The notes: generated from the letters alone by a model not told the origin. A DNA stretch of 55,511 bases from a virus (IMGVR_UViG_3300031673_016559:1-55511), one strand, 5' to 3'. Shown: positions 8,161-18,080, counted from the stretch's first letter. Numbers and translations: made by a program.

Positions 8161-11139
8161 CTATGCGGCCTGCTGCAGCGGGTAGCCCCTGCCGACGGTG
8201 GTAGAGCGTTGGTAGACTCTGGCGTAAATGATGTTGCCCGGCGTCAGGCCGTCCGCGGTTTGCTGCGCCGCGGTGTACGAAGCCGTCGGCGTCGAGCAAG
8301 CGATGGTGCGCACCACGGTCGAATAGCTGCTGCTGCTGAAAATATCAATCTCGTAGGATTCGGTGTCCTCGCCGAGCGGCACATTGATGCCCAGGGGGCC
8401 GATCATGCGAACCGCCAGGCGCGTGCGCCGCTGCCATTCGAATACGACGTTGTTCGCAGCGTCGCGCCCCGCCTTGAAAAGAATCGGCGAAAACGGTTTC
8501 AAGCCAATCGCGGTGTCGGTGAAGCTGACCGCAGCCGCGCTGCTCAAAGGCTCACCGAGGGTGACCCCTTTGTAATATCGAGAGAGTCCGAGGTCGGTGT
8601 TGAGCATGGGCACCCGGCGCAGACCGGCGGCGCGCAACAGCACGCACCGTTCGCTTGCGACGTGGCCGGTCATGGCCCACTCCGTTCCACGGCCGCCGCG
8701 CAGCAGACCGCTCAAGACGTAGACCCCGGGCGCCGTGATGGTCGCCGTGCGAAACTGGATCATTTCAGATCCGACCAGCATGGCGTTGATCGCGAGGTCA
8801 TGCAGTACGTTGTCGCGCGTGTCGCTCGCCAGCGATCCCAGGCCCACATCGACCGTGACGGTGCTCATTTCGTCGAACATCCGCCCGCGCGTCCAATCTC
8901 CGAGCGTGGTGGTGCACACGCCGAACACCGCGCTTTCCATCACGGTCGCTTTGCGCACGTAGGTCACATCGTCGACGCTGTTGAAAACCGCCGAGCCCGG
9001 ATACAAGGCGGAATCGCCCTTGGTCGCGACGTAAAATCCGGCGTCGTTGTCCGAGTCCTGCAGGATCGGAACGTCCATCAGCGCCATCAGCGTGCCCGCG
9101 ACTGGGACGACCACCGTGCTGGAAGCGTAGTCGGCGCTGGTGATGCCCGTTTCGACAAGCGCCGATGCGTCGTCGAGCACCGCGTCGAAGGTGAGCAGCG
9201 GATAGGCGTCGGTCTTTTTGACCAGGCGCGCTCGGAACATCGCGCCATCCTTGCCCGTGAGCGTCACCACGTCCGTCGGCTCGAGCCGGCAATAATCCCC
9301 GAGTACCTGGATGGTGCTGCTCAATACGCTCGTGGCCGTGTCGAGCAGGATGGTGTCGGCAATGGCCTTGGCCTCGCCTGGCGACATTCCGAGGGCCATC
9401 GAAAGCGCGTTGAGCGTTCCGTCCGCCGCGCTAATCAGGCGGTCGCTGTATTGCGTGTCGGGCTGGTAGTCGTTGTCGATGTTGATGTAGGTGAGCGCCA
9501 CCTGGGCGGGAACCTCAAGCTCATTCGCCTGCAGCAGCGCGAGCGGTTCTGGCGAGTCCGTTCCCTTGGTCGCGCCAAGATCGAGATACGGAATGGCGGC
9601 GACGGAAGCGCCGCCGCGCGGACGGAAATAAATCTTGTCGCTCACCGTCATTTCGAAAAAATACGCGGACTCAAGCAGCTCGATGACGGAGCGCATATTG
9701 ACGATCTGCGATACCGCCATGCACCGCACCGGGCGCGTGATCGACGCAAGCGCGCTCGCGTCGAAATGCGAAGTGTCAAGGCCCGCGCGCTTGCAAAGGT
9801 CGGTCACGACGGACTGCACAGAGGGCGGCCCCTTGACCACCGTGGCGCCGCCCCGCATCCATGGACCATATCCAGCCGGCGGCGTGTAATTGAAGTGCGC
9901 CGGATCTGTTATCAGCACGCACCCCGAGCCGTATTTCCAATTCTGAACCATGCCCGCGGGGCCCCACTCGCCAGCAGGGATGCCGGTGTAGGCGATGCCC
10001 TGGTCAACGCCATTTATCCAGATGCCGAGCGTTCTCGCATCGAGGTCGAGCAGCAGGCTAACCCTGCACCCTTGGAAATAGGTGTAGGCAGACCAATACT
10101 CGGCCACGTTGTTGTGGAGCTTGTATGCGCCCCCGTAATAGCCGCCGCCCCAGGTGGGGTAAAAACCATATGAATCGGCGGTCTTTCCGAGTACCCCGTT
10201 CCCCGCATAATCGTGCGGGTTCCAGTTTGGGTTGCAGATGCCCATGCCGCCCGGGTTGTCGAACAGCGCAAATTCGCAATAGTATTTCCCGGACGATTTG
10301 AAAAGGTTGGGCGCTGCCGAAAACCACTCGTAGGTGACCCACGCCTCGGTGATGTATAGGCAGTCATTCGCTTCTGCCCAAGCCGGTTGAGGTCCTTCCA
10401 ATCCGCCCGGCCAATAAAAATAGCCCTGAGTGGGATCGAGCTTCGTAGGATCGAAGGTGGCGAACCCGCTGCCGTAGACGCTGCCATCGGTAACCACTTC
10501 GAACGTGAGGTTCGGAACCTGGCCGCTTTGTCCGAGCTGCAGTCCCTCGATGAATACGTACCCGCGTCCGCGATATGCCGGCGCCGCGCCGATGCCGACA
10601 GCGGCCTCATAGGTCGGATCTGGAAGCTGATCGTCTGCGCCGGTGTAGACGGTCAAGCGAGCCCATTGCGAAGTCGCGATGCTCGCCGCCAGGCTGCCGT
10701 CCGAGGCAGCAGCGTCCGCCGTGTAAATCAGCGCGCCGTTCAGCCAGATGCGGGCCACCCCGATAATCGGGTTGTCCGCGAGGCCGATCAGCATATCCAT
10801 GTTGTAGGTAATAGTGGACGAGGTCGTGTCCACTCCACCCCCGCCACCCTTGCCGCCAGAGTGCGTCGTCGTCGTGGTGGTGACGGGCCTGCGGTCGGTG
10901 TTCCACCACACTTGCCCGGCGACCGTCGCCGCGCCGCGAATATACGGAATGGCTTGACCATAGGCCGTGCCGGTGACGGTCAAGTCCATCAGCGACTGCT
11001 GCGAACCGTTGACTTTTGTAGCCGGCGCCATGGAGCCGCCCAGGGCCGAGCCAAGCGACCATCCGATTAGCGCGCCCTGCGGCCCGCCGATCCAAAACCC
11101 GAGCGCAGCACCCGCAGCAGATATGACGAGCTGTGCCAT
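8161..11139 (-). CDS. Central tail tip / host-specificity protein (GTA megatron / Phage-tail_3-like) with inserted SPRY-like domain
   Basis: YG..IP..G...GQV.W, PAYRG..Y, VPNLTFEV, LSGLLRG.RGTE and WQRRTR motifs; follows DUF2460/DUF2163/NlpC genes. Confidence 0.88.
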   Translation of the reverse strand: MAQLVISAAGAALGFWIGGPQGALIGWSLGSALGGSMAPATKVNGSQQSLMDLTVTGTAYGQAIPYIRGAATVAGQVWWNTDRRPVTTTTTTHSGGKGGGGGVDTTSSTITYNMDMLIGLADNPIIGVARIWLNGALIYTADAAASDGSLAASIATSQWARLTVYTGADDQLPDPTYEAAVGIGAAPAYRGRGYVFIEGLQLGQSGQVPNLTFEVVTDGSVYGSGFATFDPTKLDPTQGYFYWPGGLEGPQPAWAEANDCLYITEAWVTYEWFSAAPNLFKSSGKYYCEFALFDNPGGMGICNPNWNPHDYAGNGVLGKTADSYGFYPTWGGGYYGGAYKLHNNVAEYWSAYTYFQGCRVSLLLDLDARTLGIWINGVDQGIAYTGIPAGEWGPAGMVQNWKYGSGCVLITDPAHFNYTPPAGYGPWMRGGATVVKGPPSVQSVVTDLCKRAGLDTSHFDASALASITRPVRCMAVSQIVNMRSVIELLESAYFFEMTVSDKIYFRPRGGASVAAIPYLDLGATKGTDSPEPLALLQANELEVPAQVALTYINIDNDYQPDTQYSDRLISAADGTLNALSMALGMSPGEAKAIADTILLDTATSVLSSTIQVLGDYCRLEPTDVVTLTGKDGAMFRARLVKKTDAYPLLTFDAVLDDASALVETGITSADYASSTVVVPVAGTLMALMDVPILQDSDNDAGFYVATKGDSALYPGSAVFNSVDDVTYVRKATVMESAVFGVCTTTLGDWTRGRMFDEMSTVTVDVGLGSLASDTRDNVLHDLAINAMLVGSEMIQFRTATITAPGVYVLSGLLRGGRGTEWAMTGHVASERCVLLRAAGLRRVPMLNTDLGLSRYYKGVTLGEPLSSAAAVSFTDTAIGLKPFSPILFKAGRDAANNVVFEWQRRTRLAVRMIGPLGINVPLGEDTESYEIDIFSSSSYSTVVRTIACSTPTASYTAAQQTADGLTPGNIIYARVYQRSTTVGRGYPLQQAA

Positions 11140-11586
11140 TTAGGGGGAAATTCCACGGAGAGAAAAGGCTGCGGAAAAACGCATCACTCGGCTGAACATC
11201 AGCCGCGTTTCGATCACGCGCGGCGGGCGTGCGGTGGCGGCTGCATGGATGATCGAGAGCGCGCCCGCATACGGGTAGTCACCCAGGAGTGCAAGATGCT
11301 GCGGGTCCTCGTCCGTTATGAGCAGCACCACATCGCCCGGCACCATCTTGTCTCGCGGGATTGGGTTCATGTATTGGGCGCACCACGCCATCATGCTTTT
11401 GCCGTCCGGCAACTGCGAGTAGGCCACCGTGTCGAAATCAGGCGCGACCAGGTGAAGTGCGCGGGCAACGCACACCAGCACGCCGGCGCAATCCAAGCCG
11501 ACGCCTGGGAGTCGCCCCATGTGCTGAAACGGGGTGCCGATGTACGTGCGCGCCACGTTCACGGCATCGACTCGGTTGGCGCTCAT
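11140..11586 (-). CDS. NlpC/P60 tail-associated peptidase
   Basis: ARTYIGTPF.H.GR..GVGLDCAG motif with catalytic Cys and downstream His. Confidence 0.9.
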   Translation of the reverse strand: MSANRVDAVNVARTYIGTPFQHMGRLPGVGLDCAGVLVCVARALHLVAPDFDTVAYSQLPDGKSMMAWCAQYMNPIPRDKMVPGDVVLLITDEDPQHLALLGDYPYAGALSIIHAAATARPPRVIETRLMFSRVMRFSAAFSLRGISP

Positions 11587-12437
11587 GCGACCACCGCGAT
11601 GCTTGGCGGCGCAGTCAGGTCATTCATGCCTTTGCGGTGCGGCTCGCCGACGAAGTTCACGACGTTGCTGAATTTTGTGTGGCAATCCTCGTCAACCCGC
11701 TTCATGCAGCCGGCGACCGCGCGATAGGTGTCGCCCGGCAGAACAGGCAATATAAGCGGGATAGAGAGGGTGAACACTCCACCAGCGAAGGATTTGATTT
11801 TGGCGGACAGGCCGCTGTTATTGCCGCTGGTGAAAGTAACCTGCCCCTCGTTGAACCATTGCGGGGCCTCGGTTCTCGCGGTGTCGGTGAACACCTGCTC
11901 GTTGGTAACGCCCGTGATCGCGCTGGTGTAGGTGAACGCCGTGAGGTCTTTTCTGCAACGAACATCGCCGAGCCGGGCGCGGCAGGTTTTGCTGCTCGCG
12001 TCGCCCACCGACTGCTGCAGGTATTGGCGAAAGTCGCGCAGCTCCGCGGTGACGGAATTGCGCAGCATCGTGAATTCGCCCAAGGTGCCCGAGAGCAGCG
12101 TGTCGATGCCGTCGGTGATGCTCGCCCAGTTATAGCGGAAAATAGTGAAGGCGGCGTTGCGCCACTTGCCGCCGAGAATGTCAGCGGTGGTGAATACCGA
12201 TCCGTCGTGCAAGGTGGTGAGCTGCAAATTTCCCACCGCTCCGTTGGCCGCGATCACGATGTCGCTCGCGGCGAGGCCCGGCTTCGCGAGATAGGTCACT
12301 CCACCCACCAGGTCGTCGATGTCGTGCGTCGTGAACGCGAACACCGCGCCGTCCGCGCGGGTGATTTTCAGGGCGGTTGCGAGGGTGGTGTCGCGCGTCG
12401 CGATGTGCGCTGCGAGCGCGCTTGGCAGCGTTTTCAT
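11583..12437 (-). CDS. Baseplate hub protein (DUF2163, GTA-like)
   Basis: ITRADG..F.FT.HD, CRARLGD.RC, GC.K...C..KF.N..NF.GEP motifs. Confidence 0.9.
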   Translation of the reverse strand: MKTLPSALAAHIATRDTTLATALKITRADGAVFAFTTHDIDDLVGGVTYLAKPGLAASDIVIAANGAVGNLQLTTLHDGSVFTTADILGGKWRNAAFTIFRYNWASITDGIDTLLSGTLGEFTMLRNSVTAELRDFRQYLQQSVGDASSKTCRARLGDVRCRKDLTAFTYTSAITGVTNEQVFTDTARTEAPQWFNEGQVTFTSGNNSGLSAKIKSFAGGVFTLSIPLILPVLPGDTYRAVAGCMKRVDEDCHTKFSNVVNFVGEPHRKGMNDLTAPPSIAVVA

Positions 12438-13009
12438 AGCCGCAGCTCGGTGATGGCGATGGAAGTCCAGTCATACAGCTCGAAGCTGATCCATTGCGGC
12501 ATCATCTGGTCGATGTCGAAGCGAACGGGAAAATCGAATTCACCCGTCCAGCTCGTCGGAGCGCCGCCAGACCCCGTCACAATGCCGGTGGTGTAGTCCA
12601 GCGAGTAAGTCCCGCCGCCGGCCAGGACCACGGTGCCGACAACCGGCTTGGAGATTTTGCGAAAGGTGTTGAGCGCGGCGAAGGTGTATTTTTTGTAGAG
12701 CTGCCAGTGGGTGCCGTCGATGGCAACAATCGAGCCCTCGCCCTCGCCAGCCTGGTAGTCGTTGAAATTTTTGAACCGGAATCCGTTGTGCATCCCGGCG
12801 ACGCCGTGAAAGAAAGCCAGCAGGTCGTCCAGCTCGGCCTGGTTGCGCACGCCCTGAATCACGTTGCCCTGGTAGAGCGGCATCGACCAGTTCTGGTTAT
12901 TGACTTCGAACCCGCCAGCGTTGCGCGCGATGCTGGTGGAATAACCCGGGCCGAATTGCGACCCGGCTCCGATGGACTCCGGGAAGCGCGGCGTTTCGAT
13001 AAAGGCCAT
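12434..13009 (-). CDS. Distal tail protein (DUF2460, GTA-like)
   Basis: F.E.PRFP...GP.YST, GFRFK...DY, GEFDFPVRFD motifs. Confidence 0.88.
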   Translation of the reverse strand: MAFIETPRFPESIGAGSQFGPGYSTSIARNAGGFEVNNQNWSMPLYQGNVIQGVRNQAELDDLLAFFHGVAGMHNGFRFKNFNDYQAGEGEGSIVAIDGTHWQLYKKYTFAALNTFRKISKPVVGTVVLAGGGTYSLDYTTGIVTGSGGAPTSWTGEFDFPVRFDIDQMMPQWISFELYDWTSIAITELRL

Positions 13010-15597
13010 CAGTTGTTCCTCGCCATTGCGCGCTGCACGCCGAGGCCCGCAGCCGCCGCGATCTGCGCCTGCGAGCGCGTATCGGTCTGGCCGCTAATGG
13101 TGAACACGTTGGTCACGGTCACCGCGCCGCCCATGGAGCTGTTGGGAATGATGTTGCCGGAGGTCGAGGGCACGAACATTTCCGGCCCCTGCTCGCCGAC
13201 CACGTAGGGACTGCCCGCGGACACCGGGCCGCCGCCCGCGGCAAAGGCCAGCTCCGCAACCGGCGCCGCCGCCTGGGTGCTCGGCCCGAGAATGTTGCCG
13301 AGCCAGGACATTGCGCCGCCGAGGTTGCTTGCCATCGGGCCGGTAATTTGCTGGCGGATCTGGATGCGAACGATGTCCGCGATCAACGAGTCGGCGAACG
13401 TCTTGAAATTGAGCTTGCCGGTCGTGACGAAGGTGACGAGCGCATCCTCCATGTTCTTGAAGGCGTCGGTGAAAGCGGTTTTCGCCATTGCCGCGGCGTT
13501 GGTGGCGGAGTCGAGGTAGTCGCCGATGGCGTTTTTTGCGCCGTATTCGAACGTCCTATTCACCGTCGAGGCCGACGTCGCTATGTCGTCGAGGCTTTGC
13601 CTGAGAGCTACCGCGCGCTGCCTCTGAGCGTCGGTCATTGCCGACTTGTCGATCAAGTTCAGCGCGTCCAGTTCAACCTGCATCTGCGGCAGGAAACTCT
13701 GGCGCAGCAGCAATATCCGCTGCCTGCTCTCGTACTCGCTGATGAGTCCCTGGTTCGCTTGGAGGGTGATCGCCTTTTCCTGATTGCCGAGATCGGTCTG
13801 CGACCGGCCGAACGCGGTGGTGATATCCGTGAGCTTCGCGGTGATGAGGCCGGTTCGGATGAGGTCGTTGGCGATCGCCAGGCCCGCCGCGTCGGCGTTG
13901 ACCGTCATGCTTTTGAGCTTGTCGGTCCATTGCTTGTCCAGGCCGATCACGTAGGCTTCGGTCGCCCTGCCTTGTAAAGTGAGGAGCTGCTCCTCATCCG
14001 ATTTGCGTTCGAGCGTGTATTTGCGCCAGGCGTCGGTGTAATCCAGAACGGTCTTGGCGCCGATGCGGCCCTCATCCTCTTGCGCCTTGTTCAGCTCACC
14101 CTGCAGGGTGACGAGCTTCGCCATCGCGGTGTATCTGGCCGCGGGGTTGGCGGCTGAGCTGACCGCTTTTTGCTCCGCGGTTATCGAGGCTTGGATGCCG
14201 GCGATTTTCAGGTCGGCGTCCTTGCGTTCCAGCACTTCGCGCTGCGCGTAAAAGTCCTGATAGCTGATCAAGTTGTGCGCTAGCGCCTGGTCGAGCAAAA
14301 GCGTCTGGCTCGCGATGGCCTCCGACTGCACCTTGGCAAGCGCGTCCTGCTGCGCCTTGACCAATGCCGCTAGAGCGGAGGCGTTCTTTCCCGCCTGCGC
14401 GCCACCGGTTGCGTCGAAGTTCAGTTGCGGCTTGACGATGGGCTGGCCGAATTGGTCGACCGGGCCTGACCACGGGCCGGTCGCGTTCCCCTGCTCTGCC
14501 TTGCGCGCGGCGATCTGCTTTTGCATCGCGAGCTCAAACGAGTTGCCCTGCGCGTTCCAGAGCTTGTCGTACTTGACCCCGGCGTCCTCGAGGATCGCGT
14601 TGCGCTCGGCGAGCGCCGTCTTGAATTCTGTGAGCGGGTTCCGGCCGCCGATCACCGCACCGGCGAGCGCGCCCGGATTTGATAACTGTGCCGCTTTAGA
14701 GGCGACGGTGATGTCCGCCCAAACCACCTTGAAGCTGCTGGTGACTGCGGAGATCAGGTTCGGGATGGTCTTGAGCACGTCGATCAGGCGCGCGAGGCCC
14801 ATCATACCGGCGTCTGCCCAATCCTCGATTGAGTGGTCGGCGGCGAGGCCCTTCACGTGATTGCCGAGCGAGTCGGTTTCCGTCGCCCCGGCGATCAGCG
14901 CCTTCACGAACGACTCCATGCTCGGGAGCAGCGCCGTGACCACGGTGTTCCACAGGATCGTTTCCTGCTGTCCGAGCAAAGCCACTTGCAGCGCGTATTC
15001 CTTGGCCGCTGCTGCCTGTGCCGCGGTTGCCGTCGCTTGGACAGGGCCGAGCTCCACCATCGCGTTCATGGCCGGGAGCTGTTCGGCGCCCGCCTTGCCC
15101 ATCAACGCGACCGCGATGGCGGTCTTGCCAGCGCCATCGGCATAGCCGTATAGCTTCTGCGCGATCTCGCCGTAGAGCACCGCTGGTTCTTTGAGGTTGC
15201 CCTCCGCATCCTTGGCCGAGAGTCCGAGTTTTAAGAGTGCCTGCGACGCGGGTGCCGCGACGTTGCCCGCAGCGGCTTCCGCCTTGCTCAATTTCACGAG
15301 CGCGCCGGTTACGCTGTCGAGATTGCCGCCGGATACTCCGGCGTAGAATTGCAACTGCGAAATCGCCTCGACGCTGGCGCCGGTTTTCTCCGAGGACATC
15401 CGCAGCTTGTCCATGCCGTCGGCGACCGAGTTGATCTTGTCGAGCAGCATCGTCGCGGAAAAACCGACACCGATCGCGCCGAGCATGGACTCGATGCTTT
15501 TCACGGTGTCGCCGACGATGCCCTTCGCCTTGCCCATATCGGTCGTGAGCTGCGCCATGTTGGCGAGCATCTGGATTTCGAGCGTGCCAGCGATCAT
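13009..15597 (-). CDS. Tail tape measure protein
   Basis: 862 aa, Ala-rich helical; lambda-type C-terminal segment F..MEDAL..FVTTGKLNFK.F..S.I.D; downstream of tail chaperones. Confidence 0.93.
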   Translation of the reverse strand: MIAGTLEIQMLANMAQLTTDMGKAKGIVGDTVKSIESMLGAIGVGFSATMLLDKINSVADGMDKLRMSSEKTGASVEAISQLQFYAGVSGGNLDSVTGALVKLSKAEAAAGNVAAPASQALLKLGLSAKDAEGNLKEPAVLYGEIAQKLYGYADGAGKTAIAVALMGKAGAEQLPAMNAMVELGPVQATATAAQAAAAKEYALQVALLGQQETILWNTVVTALLPSMESFVKALIAGATETDSLGNHVKGLAADHSIEDWADAGMMGLARLIDVLKTIPNLISAVTSSFKVVWADITVASKAAQLSNPGALAGAVIGGRNPLTEFKTALAERNAILEDAGVKYDKLWNAQGNSFELAMQKQIAARKAEQGNATGPWSGPVDQFGQPIVKPQLNFDATGGAQAGKNASALAALVKAQQDALAKVQSEAIASQTLLLDQALAHNLISYQDFYAQREVLERKDADLKIAGIQASITAEQKAVSSAANPAARYTAMAKLVTLQGELNKAQEDEGRIGAKTVLDYTDAWRKYTLERKSDEEQLLTLQGRATEAYVIGLDKQWTDKLKSMTVNADAAGLAIANDLIRTGLITAKLTDITTAFGRSQTDLGNQEKAITLQANQGLISEYESRQRILLLRQSFLPQMQVELDALNLIDKSAMTDAQRQRAVALRQSLDDIATSASTVNRTFEYGAKNAIGDYLDSATNAAAMAKTAFTDAFKNMEDALVTFVTTGKLNFKTFADSLIADIVRIQIRQQITGPMASNLGGAMSWLGNILGPSTQAAAPVAELAFAAGGGPVSAGSPYVVGEQGPEMFVPSTSGNIIPNSSMGGAVTVTNVFTISGQTDTRSQAQIAAAAGLGVQRAMARNN

Positions 15598-16040
15598 TTT
15601 TTACCCCTTGCGGCCATTGCACGAATCGACTGAAGCATCCTGTCTGCGACCGAGGAAAGATCGGCCACGCTTGGGGCGGAGTTCCATGGAGGCGCGCAAC
15701 TTGGCTTTTCCGCGTCGCGCATTTCGACGATGTAGTCCATGGACAGTTGCCTTAAAATCCGCGTTTCCCACGGTTGCAGCCAGACGCCGGTGTTGCTCTG
15801 CCATGCGCGGATTTCCTCATGCGTGAGCGGGCCGAGGCCCATGCCTGCCACCATCGTCGGCCCGATGTCCCACAGGTAGGCCACGAGATAAGCGGCACCG
15901 TCCACGCGGGGCAGCTCGGGCACGTACCCCTCGTCCTTGCGGTCGGCGCGCATCTGTTCGAGGCGCGAACGGCGCGGGGCGGTCGAGCGGTCATTCTTTT
16001 CACGTTCAGGCGAAGTGTTCAGCCAGGCTCGTTGACGCAC
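15594..16040 (-). CDS. Tail assembly chaperone, C-terminal (gpT-like) part of a frameshift product
   Basis: Position before the tape measure gene; open in the -1 frame from the slippery site in the upstream gene. Confidence 0.8.
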   Translation of the reverse strand: MRQRAWLNTSPEREKNDRSTAPRRSRLEQMRADRKDEGYVPELPRVDGAAYLVAYLWDIGPTMVAGMGLGPLTHEEIRAWQSNTGVWLQPWETRILRQLSMDYIVEMRDAEKPSCAPPWNSAPSVADLSSVADRMLQSIRAMAARGKK

Positions 16041-16048
16041 ATGGACGG

Positions 16049-16480
16049 CTAGCTCGTCGTAGAGCCCGACGTAAAATTTGCCGTTTCGTTCATGTAGGTC
16101 ATGACCTGGGTGGCGATGAACGAGAGCCTGGTGTTGGAATAGACCTCATTGAAAAACGCCGCGCCGGTCGCCCCGGTGTCGCTTTCCGCGTTCTCAATTT
16201 CCTTGGTGCACGCCACCAGGAACTCGGTTTGATCCAGCGCCTTTTCCTCTGCGGTCTGATCGGCCTTGCCCTTGCGCTCGCGATGTTTCAACCAGCGCGC
16301 GGCCTTGGCCGACATGGCGTTCGCGTACTGCTTGGACCCCGGCCCGTAGACGTGGACCCGAATGGGCTTCGATAGGTCGGGGGTGCCATCTGCGCCAACC
16401 GCGTACATGGGCTCGTCCGAGGCGTCGCGCAGGTGAACAATTCCGATCTCCTGCATTTCGTATTGTTTGAGGGTTGACAT
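16049..16480 (-). CDS. Tail assembly chaperone (gpG-like)
   Basis: Between major tail protein and tape measure genes; RBS GGAG; ends just past the slippery heptamer. Confidence 0.82.
   Translation of the reverse strand: MSTLKQYEMQEIGIVHLRDASDEPMYAVGADGTPDLSKPIRVHVYGPGSKQYANAMSAKAARWLKHRERKGKADQTAEEKALDQTEFLVACTKEIENAESDTGATGAAFFNEVYSNTRLSFIATQVMTYMNETANFTSGSTTS
16073..16079 (-). other. Programmed -1 ribosomal frameshift site A AAT TTT
   Basis: In-frame X XXY YYZ heptamer; a -1 slip reads ...ANFYVGLYDELAVHVRQRAW... into the 15594-16040 frame with no stop. Confidence 0.8.
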
Positions 16481-16538
16481 TGACGGTTCTCCAAAGGGGT
16501 GAAAGTAAAAGCCCGGTACGTGGCCGGGCTATCTTGTT

Positions 16539-17003
16539 TTAGGCCGCCACGACCACCACGGGCTCGCGGTCTAGATCGAGCACGCAGGTCACGCGCTGAA
16601 TGTTGTCCACCGTGCCATCGACGTGGACGAAACTCGTGACCAGCGCCGAGATGTAGTGAACCTCGCCGCTCGGGTAGGTCAGCTTGAAGGCGAGCGGATT
16701 GTTCGTTTCCACCGCCGCGCGCAGCAACGCCTGGCCTGCGTCGCTCGGCACGTTGCCGATCTTGAGCGACATAGTTCCGTAGTCCTTGGAGCCTGGACGC
16801 TTGACCACCACGGCGGTGTCCACCGGAATAAATTTGGTGACCGCCCGCGTCAAGCCGTGGTCGCCGTAATCCTCGACCTCGCCGATGGGGGTGTAGATCA
16901 TGCTGCTCGCGGCGAAGCCCGCAGAGTCGAAGGTCGCGGGAAGAACAGCGGAAACAGCCAGCGTTGCGCCGGCCAATGATTGAACTGTGGTTGGTGCAGT
17001 CAT
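16539..17003 (-). CDS. Major tail (tube) protein
   Basis: RBS AAAGGA before ATG 17003; IGEVEDYG...K.PGSKDYGTM..., D.GQ..L motifs; synteny. Confidence 0.85.
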   Translation of the reverse strand: MTAPTTVQSLAGATLAVSAVLPATFDSAGFAASSMIYTPIGEVEDYGDHGLTRAVTKFIPVDTAVVVKRPGSKDYGTMSLKIGNVPSDAGQALLRAAVETNNPLAFKLTYPSGEVHYISALVTSFVHVDGTVDNIQRVTCVLDLDREPVVVVAA

Positions 17004-17025
17004 GGCATTTCCTTTCAGGTGACGT

Positions 17026-17064
17026 AAAAAAACCCGCCGGCAACATTTGCGGGGCGGGCGGGTT
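17026..17064 (-). terminator. Intrinsic terminator inside the late operon, upstream of the major tail gene
   Basis: AACCCGCC...GGCGGGTT stem followed by a U7 tract on the minus strand. Confidence 0.6.
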
Positions 17065-17097
17065 GGAGAAACAGGCGTGGCCTGTTCCAGCAATTCG

Positions 17098-17505
17098 CTA
17101 AGTTGACTCGATGAATTTGACGATGAAGTCGCGGCTCTGCACGAAAATCAGGAGGTCGTCGTCGCGCAGGTCCGGCCCGACGATCTCCGGCAGGATGCTG
17201 TCTACCGCGATTCCGTTGACGGTGCCGTGGGTGTTGGGGCAGGCTTTACGCACGAGCTCAAGGATGGACTTCTGATCGGCGTAGCTTTTGGCCTGCACCG
17301 TCACCTGCACGCGCTCAGTCGCCATGACCTGCGCCGCATCCATGGCCACGGTGTTGCGCTCGACCGTGCTGATATGGCTGATCCCGATGGCGGGCAGCAC
17401 CGTGTCGATCGGGATGACGCCGGCCATGATCTTGCTCGCCGGCACGACCGCAAGCACCGCGGCGTTGTTCGCGAGAAGAGATCGGATCGCTATGACGCCG
17501 CTCAT
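17098..17505 (-). CDS. Tail completion/terminator protein (DUF3168-like)
   Basis: Size, synteny, LPAI...IS and RVQVTV motifs. Confidence 0.75.
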   Translation of the reverse strand: MSGVIAIRSLLANNAAVLAVVPASKIMAGVIPIDTVLPAIGISHISTVERNTVAMDAAQVMATERVQVTVQAKSYADQKSILELVRKACPNTHGTVNGIAVDSILPEIVGPDLRDDDLLIFVQSRDFIVKFIEST

Positions 17506-17518
17506 GCTGGAGTGTCCA

Positions 17519-18079
17519 TTATTCGTCCTCACCCGCAATGAGTATCTCAGCGGTGTCGAGCCCTTCCTTTTTGGCGAGACGCGTTTTCATGTACTCGGCC
17601 GAGGCGATCACCGCTGCCTGCCCCTGGCTGTCCAGGGCCGGGCGCAGGAACGGGTGCGCTTTCATCCCAGGGTGGTGCACAGACTGAAAGAGCAACCCGC
17701 CGATCGAGAGCGCGGCCTTGCCTTTGGCCGAAATGGTGTGCGGCACCGCGCCGGTAAATTCGATGATGTGCGCGTACCAGACATCGGCGCCGGTTTTTGT
17801 CTTACCGCCGACGACCACCCGCGCCATGACATAGGGCCGGCTGATTTTCGTTCCGAGGTGGATGCTGTCGCGCAGAGCGCCGGCGTACTCCCCATACTTC
17901 TCGGCACCGCTAGAGCTGGGCGGGCCCACCGGCACGTTTGCCTGCGCCTCCACCATGATGAGCTTGGCGCCGGCGCGCAGTGCGCCGCGCATCACATTCA
18001 ATTCCAGCTTGGGCGGCAGGGTGTCGAGGAGCGCCTGCAACTGCGCGAGGCCAGTGACTTTAATCGTCCGGTCGGCCAT
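17519..18079 (-). CDS. HK97 gp10-like neck/tail component
   Basis: V.GL..L...L, GALRDSI, YAHIIEF, HPG..AHPFLRPALD motifs. Confidence 0.88.
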   Translation of the reverse strand: MADRTIKVTGLAQLQALLDTLPPKLELNVMRGALRAGAKLIMVEAQANVPVGPPSSSGAEKYGEYAGALRDSIHLGTKISRPYVMARVVVGGKTKTGADVWYAHIIEFTGAVPHTISAKGKAALSIGGLLFQSVHHPGMKAHPFLRPALDSQGQAAVIASAEYMKTRLAKKEGLDTAEILIAGEDE

Positions 18080-18080
18080 G

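Noticed and set aside
8209-10173. 654-aa plus-strand ORF and many other long antisense ORFs (e.g. 11361-12596, 23286-24191, 51907-52878)
   Set aside because: Shadows of high-GC minus-strand genes; Arg/Gly-rich with no motifs or RBS
3396-11139. Diversity-generating retroelement acting on tail adhesins
   Set aside because: No reverse transcriptase and no near-identical TR/VR pair differing at adenines was seen; the repeats are old and diverged
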